This document shows, in pieces, positions 22,862 through 35,600 of a DNA stretch of 64,000 nucleotides. Origin of the DNA: Macrostomum lignano (Eukaryota); NCBI GenBank assembly GCA_002269645.1, contig NIVC01000399.1:218205-282204 (forward strand). Direction: 5' to 3'. Made by a program: the position numbers and the translations under genes. Position 1 is the stretch's first letter, and every line of letters starts with the position of its first letter. The notes below the pieces were generated by a model that worked only from the letters and a program-made list of their open reading frames with translations, was not told the DNA's origin and made no database searches.

Positions 22862-23876
22862 TCACTCTTTTCTGTACAAGCAGGGTGCTAAATTCCCGAT
22901 GATCATTGAAGAGGTTGCTGAAAAATCCAATTTCCTTCAAAGAAATCTAAAAGCAGAAAATGCCAGACAAGTCAAGAATCGAACATCAAACACCAGCGGC
23001 GCTCACCAGGCGAATAGACGAAGGCATTCCACAACTCTCGGACAGGATTCCAATTAATCTTAATCTGTCCGATCTTGCCCAGCGGCTTAACCAGTTTGAG
23101 CACCTCTGTAAATAGGTGCTGTCGACTCAGGGCGCGGGCATTCACCAGATAGATGCTGGACTCCTTCTGGCGCCCATTGACAGCGCCGCCAGCCAGAGAC
23201 CATGGCGCCGGCTGCAGCTGGTTGCGGAGGCCGCTCTCAGCCAGCTGGACTGAGAGGCGGCAGCCGTGAAATTCGCTGCCATTAAATCGCAGCACAGCGG
23301 CGTAGGCGCCGTGCGCACAGGCGAAGTCAACGAAAGCGAAGCCGGTCCTGCGGTGCAGGGTGGCGACGCGAGAGAATGCAGAGGCAGGGCGAAGAAAGCG
23401 GAAGTAGAAAATATTCATTTGATGGGATACACTCCCCATATATGGTTATTTATGATGGGATAAACTCCCCATAAATGTTTTATGATGGGATAAAATCCCC
23501 ATAAATGGTTCGTTATTACGGGATAAAATCCCCACCCATAAATCGTTAGTTATGATGAGATAAACTTTCCATAAATGGTTATGATGGGATTATATCACAC
23601 AGATCGCTAAGAAATGAAATCTTCACTGGTGTCTAATCGGAGAAGTCTCATGAATAACTTCAGGACTTTACAATACCAGCCCGAATTGGACAGTTGCACT
23701 CACCCCCCAAAATTATCCTTTCTCGGAGCGCAAACTCGAACGGACATGATTCGGCCGGCGGCCGAGAAAAAAATTTGAACACGGGAGCGGGCGGACTTCG
23801 AATACGGCACCCCAGCGACGTACACGGAGGCCCAGAGGCCGGAATGATCTGGCGGGCACTGGCAGTAGTTCGGCAT
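22862..23876 (-). CDS. Small RRM RNA-binding protein (~189 aa): one clear RRM plus a degenerate second
   Basis: Exons 23704-23876 (ATG after an in-frame TGA; SVYVAGVPY is RNP2-like), 23007-23347 (GFAFVDF...A..RFNGSEFHGCRLSVQLA covers RNP1 and the RRM tail) and 22862-22917. GT-AG with consistent phases. If the last intron is retained the ORF stops at 22972 (182 aa). Confidence 0.78.
23440..23600. repeat. ~27-30 bp minisatellite (atgggataaaatccccataaatggtt) in RRM gene intron 1
   Basis: About 5 degenerate units. Confidence 0.7.
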
Positions 23877-23934
23877 CGCTCAAAGAGTCTGCAAGCAGGC
23901 AAAGAGTAGTCACGATTCGATGCCAAACATACTG

Positions 23935-24445
23935 GGGCTGGCTGAGGCTAAACCAGAGCCAGCCTGGCTAATGATGCCAGCTGGCTGAGGCTAAACCAGA
24001 GCAAGCCTGGCTAATGATGCCAGCTGGCTGAGGCTAAACCAGAGCCAGCCTGGCTAATGATGCCAGCTGGCTGAGGCTAAACCAGAGCCAGCCTGGCTAA
24101 TGATGCCAGCTGGCTGAGGCTAAACCAGAGCCAGCCTGGCTAATGATGCCAGCTGGCTGAGACTAAACCAGAGCCAGCCTGGCATAGCCAGCTGGCTGAG
24201 GCTACCAGAGCCAGCCTGGCTAATGATGCCGGCTGGCTGAGGCTAAACCAGAGCCAGCCTGGCTAATGATGCCAGCTGGCTGAGGCTAAACCAGAGCCAG
24301 CCTGGCTAATGATGCCAGCTGGCTGAGGCTAAACCAGAGCTAGCCTGGCTAATGATGCCAGCTGGCTGAGGCTAAACCAGAGCTGCCTGGCTAATGATGG
24401 CAGCTGGCTGAGGCTAAACCAGAGCTAGCCTGGCTAATGATGAGA
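23935..24445. repeat. 43-bp minisatellite (gctgaggctaaaccagagccagcctggctaatgatgccagctg)
   Basis: About 12 units; period measured 23941 to 23984. Confidence 0.92.
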
Positions 24446-24877
24446 CATTGCTGTTGCTAGCAATGTTACTCCTTGTTAAATAGACAAATAAAATAATAAT
24501 AAGCGTCACATTTAGCCACTGTACACAGCGCGCTAGAAGAGTATTCGTCCAGAGCGCAAGTTGATATGAATAATTATTATATTATAAATTATATATAACA
24601 TATTATAGTGCAACTATTGGTGCAAACAGACAAATAACAATTAATTATATAATAAGCTATCAATATCATACGTAAATACAACAATTTTTACTATCAAACA
24701 CTATAAATTACAGTCAAACAAAAGAACAACACGAAGGAGAAAGGATTATATTATTTGTGTTTAAAAATCGCTTAGGGCAGTAATAATGGTGGTAATCAAG
24801 AAATGCAAAACATCTGGAGGGACAGGGGGCTTCTCGTATTCAGGTTTATCATGAAGGACAACAGTTTTAGTTTAAAG

Positions 24878-25067
24878 CAGGTCGGCAAACTTCGACCTCG
24901 AGTCCTTTGAAACTTCACAATAGCGATCCGGCCCGCTCAAGGTTTCTGTCTCTTCTCAGCTCTCTCTTTCCTCTTATCTCTTCTCTCATGCTATCTCTCC
25001 CCTCTCATCTTCCATTCCTTCTCCTTTCCTCTCTCTGGCCTTGAGGTAAAAAAGTTTGCCGACCTCT
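24878..25067. mobile_element. hAT/Charlie-like MITE with CT-rich core
   Basis: Termini CAGGTCGGCAAACT / AGTTTGCCGACCTC resemble Charlie-type TIRs. Related copies at 31532-31727 and 55341-56736. Confidence 0.65.
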
Positions 25068-25543
25068 AAATTAAACGAATGGAGTTTAGCGTGATTATTA
25101 GAGTGTACATATGTACTAATGAGTGTGCATAGCAAGTCAGTGGAAGTAGCAGGGTAAACACTAATTAGAATTCACTAGCAGGTAGCAGCTCAGAATTTTA
25201 TAAAACAAATTAAATTAAATAGTTTCAATTCAACTATGAAAATGTCAAGCACTTAAGTCTGACGAATTTCCTTTGTACATCACCAGCTAGCCCAAAAACC
25301 TAGAAGTGCCTTTCATTTATGCTTTCTTCTGACTCTGGATGGTTTCTGTTAAGATCCTAAGAATCTTATGCAAAACATCTCATATACTACTAACCAGAAA
25401 TATTATTTATCATTTCATCCTTCCTATTAATAACCACCACATAACTAGATGGGCCACTTAGGCGTATTTGCTTGGTAAAATATTAATTGTAATAAAATTA
25501 ATAATAATTGATTACACCTGCCCCAATGTGCAGATGTGCAATA

Positions 25544-25796
25544 AACAGCTCAGCCGCAGCTATTGCGCGGCGCATCTGAAGGCTGCGTACGGCTGTTCAG
25601 TCCAAGGACTGGGGGGTCGCCACACAGCCTCAATTACCCCAGCTAATGCTGGCACCCATTTTACAGCTGGGTGAACTGAAGCAATGCAGAGTTAAGTGTC
25701 TTGCTCAAGGATACAAATTGTTCCGAGTGGGTCGAGAATCGAACCCCCGACCTATCTATCAGTCGTGAGTCCGACGCTCTAACTAAGCTACAACCC
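25544..25796 (-). mobile_element. tRNA-derived CORE-SINE (MIR-like core), copy 1
   Basis: Minus strand has a tRNA-like head with B box GGTTCGATTC, then TCCTTGAGCAAGACACTTAACTCTGCATTGCTTCAGTTCACCCAGCTGTAAAATGGG, matching the CORE domain. Near-identical to 40490-40739. Confidence 0.82.
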
Positions 25797-26155
25797 CTCC
25801 TTTGGGAAAAAACAGATTCTTTATTACTATTGCCTGAGTAGCAATTAAGGAAAGTGTACATTGGCTGAATCTCATGTACATTAGCGGCGGGGCAGAAATT
25901 TTGTGTGGCAAAAGGCGGTCGCAGGGTTCAGCTGGCGGGTAATAGGGTCAAATAGGTTCCGGTGCTGAAGTATTTCGTAAATTAAATAAGGTTCTATTTA
26001 GCTTTCTACTGAACTGACAGTAGTAGCATGTAAGCAAATCTGCTGAGCGGCCCACCCGATTTTTGTAGTATTTTTATTGTAATAAAGGTGCTTTTGACAA
26101 TTGGCAGAAACATTAAGGAGGAGCAAGGAGGGAACAGGAAGGCTGCCTGCATCTG

Positions 26156-26692
26156 TCAGTTGAAAGAGACAAACACGGTGCCGCCGGCTCCGCCTCCACC
26201 CACAGCGCCGTCGTCACCGCCACCGCCGCTGGCTCCGCCCGCTGCTCCGGTGCCGCCGCCGCCCTGCGGATTGGCGGCCCGTTCGTTGGCCGCCTCCAAT
26301 TTATTGGCCTCCCGATACTTCATCAGGTAGACTTTCAGCGGCTCAATGTAACTGTCTAGGCCGACAGCCTGCATCGCCGTCAGGATGTCCTCGCCGTTCA
26401 TTGTCTTCCGCTTCTCCTCCTGGCATCTGTCCGACGCTTCGGACGTGACAAAGGAGATAAACTCGGACACACACTCTTGCACGCACTCTTTCGCCTCTTT
26501 AGTGATTTTGCCAGTCTCCGGTATTGTTCGCTTCATAATCTTCGATATGTTGGCAATGGGCAGGAAGCGGTCCTGGTCCCGGATTGGCGAGCACCGGCCA
26601 ATCGGTCGGCCATCGTCCAGACTGCCTCCTCCGGCGTTGGCTGTCGCGCCTGGCGTTGCCCCAAACCCGGAGCCAGAGTGCTCGTCTGAGTC
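26156..26692 (-). CDS. NFYB: Nuclear transcription factor Y subunit B (histone fold); 5' exon unresolved
   Basis: [18 protein letters not shown]...[43 protein letters not shown]...[14 protein letters not shown]. Acceptor tttcag at 26693-26698; the open frame extends to an ATG at 26716. Confidence 0.95.
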   Translation of the reverse strand, partial: DSDEHSGSGFGATPGATANAGGGSLDDGRPIGRCSPIRDQDRFLPIANISKIMKRTIPETGKITKEAKECVQECVSEFISFVTSEASDRCQEEKRKTMNGEDILTAMQAVGLDSYIEPLKVYLMKYREANKLEAANERAANPQGGGGTGAAGGASGGGGDDGAVGGGGAGGTVFVSFN

Positions 26693-29657
26693 CTGAAATT
26701 TGTGTTTGTATAGCATATGGCAACAAGCTGCAGTGGGATATTATGCCAACTACAGTTACAAGGACATCTCAGAATTATATCCATGGAAAACAAACATTAC
26801 ATATATAGATTCCATGGCCATAAGTTTGTCTCTTTATTTTTTTAAAAATAAATTGTCAACTCTAGAGACACACAATTGTGATATAAAAAACATTCACCTA
26901 AGATTTAAGATATAACACTTGTTACTTTGTCAACCATGAATAGAAATAACTTGTCTTATCAAGTGCCTAATAAACCAATAGAAGTATTATGATGGGACTT
27001 CTAAAATAACTAACAAAGTTATACTAAAGTTATACTAAATCTCTAATATTTGTTTGTATGTTTACTTGTCTATAATGCTCTAGAGATTGCAATTCTTAAG
27101 CAATTTTGATTGAATTTTTGCCAAATGTATATACTATATATCATTAGGCCTACCTATATTGATAAATCTAAATATTTTACTAAATATTTTATATCTAAAT
27201 ATTTAATACCTTAAATATCTATTTAACTACCTAAATATTGTATTGTATTCTCTTGTAGTACTTTCATCCTCTTTTTTATTCTTTTAGGATTAGACAAAGA
27301 AACCAATTTATCATATAAAAACTGAAAGCTTTATTATAAAGAGCAAAAAAGACATTAAAGGTTAAATGAATATTAAATAGGAAATCATCATTAGGCCATG
27401 CCAACATAGACCAAGTCCAAGGGTCAGCAGACTCTAGCCTATAGGCCATATGCAGCTTATAAAGCCATGGCCTATAGGCCATATGCAGCTTACAAAGCCA
27501 TTCTATCCAGCCTTTAAGTCCTTTGAAATGTTACAATGGCAATCAGGCTTATTCAAGATTTGCCTTTCTTCTTAGCTCTTTGTTCTCTAATCTACACTTT
27601 CTTTGTTTTGCTTTTTTTCTCTTTTTTCTATTTTCTTTCCTTTTTGCGTCTTTTTTCTCTTATTAAGGCCCTAGTCTTCTCACTTTTTACCTTGTTATGT
27701 TTTTCCTTTCTTACCTATTTCTTATGTCTCTTCTCTTTCTTTTTCTTACACTAGCTTGCAATTATCAATCAAATATTAGGTTCTTTATTTTGCCTTACAC
27801 TACAGATAAAAAAGTTTTTTAAACCCTATTTTAAACCAAACTAAATTATAACTAATTGCAGTTACTAAACTAAATTAAGTTAGCCTTAAATTATAAAACT
27901 AAAGACAAAATATTATATTATTTTTAGCAATCTTATTTGATGGGATTAAGAAATTTTAATAGGCCTAGGCCTAGCCAATTTTGTCTCAATTATAATATCA
28001 AAATCTTTTAATTAATTTTACCTGACTAAATAACTAATATTAACTAAATTTTATTAGTTAAATTAGTCTTAGACTTAATAATAATAACTTAAATCTTTAG
28101 CCTTGGCTAGTTTAAAAGTTGTCAATTTAATTTACTAAATGCTATATATTTAAATAAAGGTTTTATAACTTGCCAATATGCATAAAAAATCAAATTTAAA
28201 AAAAAATTTCAAAACAATTATGATGCAAACAATTAGGCCCACCTAGTATAGTAGAATAGGCCCTACGGCCTAAGCAACAAATATAGTATATAGGCCCTTG
28301 GACTTAGTACAACATTCGAAAAGCGACTAAAAGTAGTATAATTAGGTCAAAAGTCGTCAGAACAAGAAAAAATGTGGCGATTTATTTCGATCCTAGCTGA
28401 GAGGACTATGGCCCCTGGATTTGCCAATCAGCCCACTTCACTAGGCCTTCACTAGTGTAGTAGAGGGGGGGCCTAAGGTGGAAAAAATTTCCAACGGTTT
28501 TATAATTTAAATTGTTGGCTAAAACAAAATATTTTATTTGTTTGTACATCACTAAATAAAAAATCTAAAAAATCTTGATGTATTTAAAAAATGTTTGGTG
28601 AATACTTTTTTCAGCCTAATTTACGTGTTGCTGCTAAAGATATTTTCTAGTTTAAAAAGTATAATTTCTAAGAACAATGATTACTATCATTCATCATGTA
28701 AACTTAAGCTTATCAGGTGGAGTCCCTAATTGTCCCCTTGATTGTTCTCTTTTATCCCAGGTTCAATTTTTGTAATTTTTTTCTCAAGTCCAGCTTTCTG
28801 GTGTCACTGTGAGCAGAATAGCGTATCATTTGTGTACAATGTACATATGTTTCTTGGGTGTCGGGCTCCACTTTATGAGCCTAGGCTAAGTTGACAGACC
28901 CTTTTGGACCTCGAAACTATTCAACTGAAAGGTTCTTACAACTCCTTTGATTTGATCGGTTGGGTTAATCTAAGATTTAAAGCAAAAAAATTTATTTTAT
29001 GATAAACATGGTATATTTTATAGAAAAAATTATAATACAAACTGAAGTGAATGTGAATATCACTCTTGTTGAAAATAATTTTTATATCCTCTTTTTCATA
29101 GATAGATAAATTGATTAGTATTATATAAATTATTCATATACTTAATTAGTCACTTGTCATATCATGCTAAAGATTATTGCACTAGGGTGCTAGGTTGTAG
29201 CATGGCATGTTGCATTATACTAGCAATTTAGTTTGATAAAAACTGACATTTTTATGTTTATTGCCTTTCTAATATATTGCATTTCACCAAGGTTTTATAG
29301 TACTTTAGTCTACATTACACCAATTATGGCATTGTGTGATAGGCCCTTACATAGTAAAGTAGCTCAAAATTATAATAACCAATATGTTTATTGCCATCCC
29401 TTTTTAATTAGGGACTATAAATATTAAAATCCTAATTTTCGTCTATGCATTTTGAGCAAAAATTCTAACAGGGAAACCTAGGCCTATGCTAGTGCAAATA
29501 TATCAAATTATATAGCACAAGTATAAATGGTTTTAAATTATGAAATAATAATTGTTCATATCATAGATTAAAGAAACAACTTATACTCGAGATTAAAAAA
29601 CATAAATTCACTTTTCAGAAAGCTATTCATATAATCTAGACTATAGATATAAGAGGA

Positions 29658-32600
29658 ATGCAGCCAAAGCAACCAACAAGACCCAATGGGAGCCTTCAAT
29701 TGTCATCTGCTCAAGCTCAGCCAGCTAGATCATTTATGCCTATTGAAACTATGCCTAAAATTCAGCCAAGTCAAACATCAGCTAACCCTACAAGGCCTAT
29801 TTTTGCCTCTACACCTCCATTACAACTTCCTCATGGCTCTTTATTGCATCCAACACCTGTGAGGTCTATGTTGTCTAATCAGCCCAATCAGATGAACTTG
29901 CATGGTCTGAATTCCTCATCTGCACAAGCAGGTATGGCTGCACCTCCATTGCCTCTGCAAAGTCATTTGCCAAAAAGTTCAATGCCTTGTCCATCAACAT
30001 CTTCCTCAGTGTCAGCTCCACACCCTTCTCAGTTGAGACAACCACCTCAAGTTTCATCATTTGAAGTGCCTTCAACTCAGACAGCAGCTGCAAACTTGAC
30101 GTCTCAGGTACACCAGATGAGAATTGGTAGCTCAGCAACACCTGACCATCGATATGTAGGTCCACAGTCCTCAATGATGCCATCGAGCTCAGCAGCACCT
30201 GGCTATCAACCTATTGGACCTCTGCCACCTCCTATGATGCCATCGAGCTCAACGGCACCTGACTATCAACCTGTTGGATGTCCGCCACCTCCTATGATGC
30301 CATCGAGCTCAGCGGCACCTGGCTATCAACCTGTTGGATGTCCGCCACCTCCTATGATGCCATCGAGCTCAACGGCACCTAGCCATCAACCTGTTAGACC
30401 TCTGCCACCTTCTATGATGCCATCGAGCTCAGCGGCACCTGGCTATCAACCTGTTGGATGTCCGCCACCTCCTATGATGCCATCGAGCTCAACGGCACCT
30501 AGCCATCAACCTGTTAGACCTCTGCCACCTTCTATGATGCCATCGAGCTCAACGGCACCTGGCCATCAACCTGTTGGACCTCCGCCACCTGGCCATCAAC
30601 CTGTTGGACCTCCGCCACCTGGCCATCAACCTGTTGGACCTCCGCAACCTGGCCATCAACCTGTTGGACCTCCGCCACCTCCTATGATGCCATCGAGCTC
30701 AACGGCACCTGGCCATCGGCCTATTGGACCTCCAGAACCGCCGATGCATCCAATATCTGCAGCCGCACCTTCGCCCCCTTCATTTGTCCCCGCGCCGCCA
30801 GCACCAATGCCATTCGTAGCGCCGACGCCGCCGCTGCCCGTTGGACCGATGCCTCGACAAATGACTTCGCCGCCGACGCTTCAGCAGCCGCAGTGGTCGA
30901 CTGCAAGCGCTCAGCATCGCGAAAACTCAGTGAATCTTCTGCGCGACCGGCAGCTGCTGCGGACGCACGGCTCCGAGCCCATAGAGACGGTCGCTCCGCC
31001 GCCGTTGGGCCATTCGTTCCCGGCTGAGGCCAACTGCAATCCGGATGTCATGTCCTGCACAATGAACGCCGTGCCGGCCACTGCCGAGTTGTTGCGCCGA
31101 TCTCGCCTACCGTTAGGCCTGGCAATGCACCCGTTTAAGGATCTGCGCAGCCTGGCAGTCATTCAGGCCAACGTCATCGTTCGCTGCCGAGATTGCCGGG
31201 CCTATATTAATCCTTTCGTGCGCTTCTCCAGCCAACAGAGATGGCGCTGCAGTCTCTGCTTTCTTGACAACGATTTGCCAGAAGAGTTTCTTTATGATCC
31301 CATGTCCCAGGTAAGGCAGACTTTTACTTTCGCAGAAACCTTGTAAAAAAATAATACGCGCTTAAATGCTTTAAGATCAACGCTTTTATGCATATACGGT
31401 ATTTATATATAAATGTTCTATTGTACCTAGATCAAGTTCTGTCACTCGTTCTACACCAATCAGAGATCGGCGGGATGCCACATTATACATTTAGAATGGG
31501 TAGAAAACTAGCCTTTATCCCTTTATCTGTCCCTCGGGTCCTTTGAAACTTCACAATAGCAATCCGGCCCGCTCAATGTTTGTGCCTCTTCTCAGCTCTC
31601 TTCTCTCCCCTTACTCTTCTCTCGTCTCTCGTCTATATTTTATTCTCTCCTTGTACTCTCATCTGGCCCGCAGCCATGAGCTGAATTCTTTATCTGGCCC
31701 TTCAGGTAAAAAAAGTTTGCAGACCCCCAGCCCCTCTAGAGAATCACCTAGACCAGTACGAACTCATATTTTGGTCCCGAGTAGTTTTAAGACAACTGCT
31801 CCGCTGGAAACCTATTGCCCCCGCAGACCTACGGCGACCCGAGCCGTCGGCCAGAGATTCGCAACGGCACAGTGGAATTCATCGCCACCCAGGAGTATTC
31901 TGTTCGGCCGCCGCCGCCCGCAACCTACATCCTGGCGCTGGACGTGTCCCAGGTTCTGTCGTCAGACCCGGCCGTTGCCAAGTCGGCAACTGCCTACTTG
32001 ACTGCGGTTAGTCAGACTCTGCTTCGCTGTCTGGACCGTCTGCCAGGCGACACCCGCACCCAGCTGGCCGTCATCACCTTCAATGGCGTTCTGCACCTGT
32101 ACAAACTGGACGGACCCCGTCCCAGCCTGCTGGCCATGCCTGATCTGGACGGCGATTCGGACCTACCAATGCCCGAAGGTCTTCTAGTACCCGTGGCCGA
32201 ATGTCGCGACGCCATCGTTGAATTGTTGGAATCGCTGCCCGAATTGGAGTTCCCTGCGGTGCCCGGCTGCTGTCTGGGATCGGCTTTGGCCATAGCTCAC
32301 AGGTCTGTCTTAAAGATTGGCCTGTGTGTCTCTGGCTGCTTAGTCATTGTGTCTCTTGTAGATTGGCCTGTGTCTCTTGTAGCTTGATCATTGTGTCTCT
32401 TGTAGATTGGCTTGTGTCTCTTGTAGCTTGATCATTGTGTCTTTGTAGATTGGCTTGTGTCTCTGGTTGCTTGATCATTGTGTCTCTTGTAGATTGACTT
32501 GTGTCTCTGGTTGCTTGATCATTGTGTCTCTTGTAGATTGGCTTGTGTCTCTTGTAGCTCGATCATTGTGTCTCTTGTAGATTGGCTTGTGTCTCTTGTA

Positions 32601-35600
32601 GCTCGATCATTGTGTCTCTTGTAGATTGGCTTGTGTCTCTTGTAGCTCGATCATTGTGTCTCTTGTAGATTGGCTTGTGTCTCTTGTAGCTCGATCATTG
32701 TGTCTCTTGTAAATTGGCTTGTGTCTCTGGTTGCTTGATCATTGTGTCTCTTGTAGATTGGCTTGTGTCTCTTGTAGCTCGATCATTGTGTCTCTTGTAG
32801 ATTGGCTTGTGTCTCTTGTAGCTCGATCATTGTGTCTCTTGTAGATTGGCTTGTGTCTCTTGTAGATTGGCTTGTGTCTCTGGTTGCTTGATCATTGTGT
32901 CTCTTGTAGATTGGCTTGTGTCTCTGGTTGCTTGATCATTGTGTCTCTTGTAGATTGATCATTGTGTCTCTTGTAGATTGGCTTGTGTCTCTGGTTGCTT
33001 GGTCATTGTGTCTCTTGTAGATTGGCTTGTGTCTCTTGTAGCTCGATCATTGTGTCTCTTGTAGATTGGCTTGTGTCTCTTGTAGCTTGGTCATTGTGTC
33101 TCTTATAGATTGGCTTGTGTCTCTTGTAGCTTGATCATTGTGTCTCTTGTAGCTTGATCATTGTGTCTCTTGTAGATTGGCTTGTGTCTCTTGTAGCTCG
33201 ATCATTGTGTCTCTTGTAGATTGGCTTGTGTCTCTGGTTGCTTGATCATTGTGTCTCTTGTAGATTGATCATTGTGTCTCTTGTAGATTGGCTTGTGTCT
33301 CTGGTTGCTTGATCATTGTGTCTCTTGTAGATTGGCTTGTGTCTCTTGTAGCTCGATCATTGTGTCTCTTGTAGATTGGCTTGTGTCTCTTGTAGCTTGG
33401 TCATTGTGTCTCTTGTAGATTGGCTTGTGTCTCTTGTAGTTTGATCATTGTGTCTCTTGTAGATTGGCTTGTGTCTCTTGTAGCTCGATCATTGTGTCTC
33501 TTGTAGATTGGCTTGTGTCTCTTGTAGCTCGATCATTGTGTCTCTTGTAGATTGGCCTGTGTCTCTTGTAGACTGTCTTGTGTCTCTTGTGGACAGGTCA
33601 ATCTCTGTCAGTTTTTTACTTTTCGTCGCTATCATTCATCAATTGTGACAGTGATATTCGTTAACCACCTACTGCCAGTAATACACGGGTATTTAATCGG
33701 TCAATTTACTTGTATTCAGACTCGCCCAGTCCAGCGGCGGCCGTCTACTGTTGTTTCTGGCCTCCCGTCCGTCAGTCGGACCCGGCGCCTTGTCCGGTCC
33801 GGCCGGATCAGACTCGGACGACTTGGCTGGCCAGCCGGCCACTGACTATTACAAGCGCCTGGCGTTAGACTGTTGCAGCGCCCAGCTGTCTGTTGATCTG
33901 TTCTGCGTCGGGCCCGGTCACACTGACCTGGCCTCGGTCATGCCCATAGCCGTGTACTCCTCCGGCCGGGTGCACCGCTATCCGCGCCTGCCCGACGATG
34001 CGGACCGGCTGGCTGCGGATCTTGGCCGGCATCTCACTCGCAAGCTGGGATTAGAGGTCTCTGTTATAGCTTTGAGGAATTGCTTTGGAGGCCAAGAATC
34101 GCCCTGAACCATCCTATGAATCGCCCTGAACCATCCTATGAATTGCCCTGAACCACCCTAGGAATCGTTCCTGAATAACCCTCAGAATTGCCCCTAAACC
34201 CACCCTCAGAATCGTCCCTGAATAACCCTCCGAATCGCCCTGAATAACCCTCAGAATTGCCCCTGAACCACCCTCCAAATCGTCCCTGAATAACCCTCCG
34301 AATCGCCCCTGAATAACCCTCAGAATCGCCCCTGAACCACCCTCCGAATCGTCCCTGAATAACCCTCCGAATCGCCCCTGAACAACCCTCCGAATCGTCC
34401 CTGAATAACCCTCCGAATCGCCCCTGAACCCACCCTCCGAATCGTCTCTGAATAACCCTCAGAATTGCCCCTGAACCCACCCTCCGAATCGCCTTTGAAT
34501 AACCTTCCGAATCGCCCCTGAACCATCCCAAAGATTCGCCCCTGAATAACCCTCCGAATCGCCCCTGAACCATCCCAAAGATTCGCCCCTGAACCACCCT
34601 AGGAATCGCCCTGAACCACCCCAGAATCGCCCTAATTCTCCAGGCTGTGCTCCGGGTCCGCTGCTCAAACGGCTACAGCGTGGCCGCCTTCTACGGCTCC
34701 TGTTTCGTTCGCGCCACCGACTTGGCGGCGCTGCCCTGCGCTAGTCCGGACGCCGGATTCGCCATCCAGCTGGCTGTCGGCGATGGCGCCGGCACCGCGG
34801 GAGCCAGCGAGCCGGTGGTGTTCCAGGCCGCTCTGCTGTACACTGGGCGGAAGGGCGAGCGGAGGATCCGAGTGCACACGCTGGGACTGCCGGTTGCTAC
34901 CCGGATTGAGGATGTGTTCGCCGGGTCCGACCAGCGGGCGGTGAGATATTTTTAAGTTCAAAGCTGCTGTGATAGCGTGACTGCCGTTTTCAAGCAACTT
35001 GGATCATAAACAGCCATTCACCCAATCATAAACAGCCATTAACCAAATCGTAAACAGCCATTCACCAAATCATAAACAGCCATTAACCAAATCGTAAACA
35101 GCCATTCACCAAATGTAAACAGCCCATTCACCAAATCATAAACAGCCATTCACCAAATGTAAACAGCCCATTCACCAAATCATAAACAGCCCATTCACCA
35201 AATCATAAATAGCCATTCACCAAATGTAAACAGCCCATTCACCAAATCATAAACAGCCCATTCACCAAATCATAAACAGCCATTAACCAAATCGTTAACA
35301 GCCATTCACCAAATCATAAACAGCCCATTCACCAAATCGTTAACAGCCATTCACCAAATCATAAACAGCCCATTCACCAAATCATAAACAGCGCATTCAC
35401 CAAATCGTAACACAGCCCATTCACCAAATTTGTAAACAGCAATTCACCAAATCATAAACAGCCATTCACCAAATCCTTGACAGCCGATTCACCTAACCGA
35501 ATTATCAAAATCGAATCTTTTCATTAAAGATTATCGGCCTTCTGGCGCAAATCGGCGCCGAGCGCATCATAACCGGCGCCAACCGCCTGTCGGACGCTCG

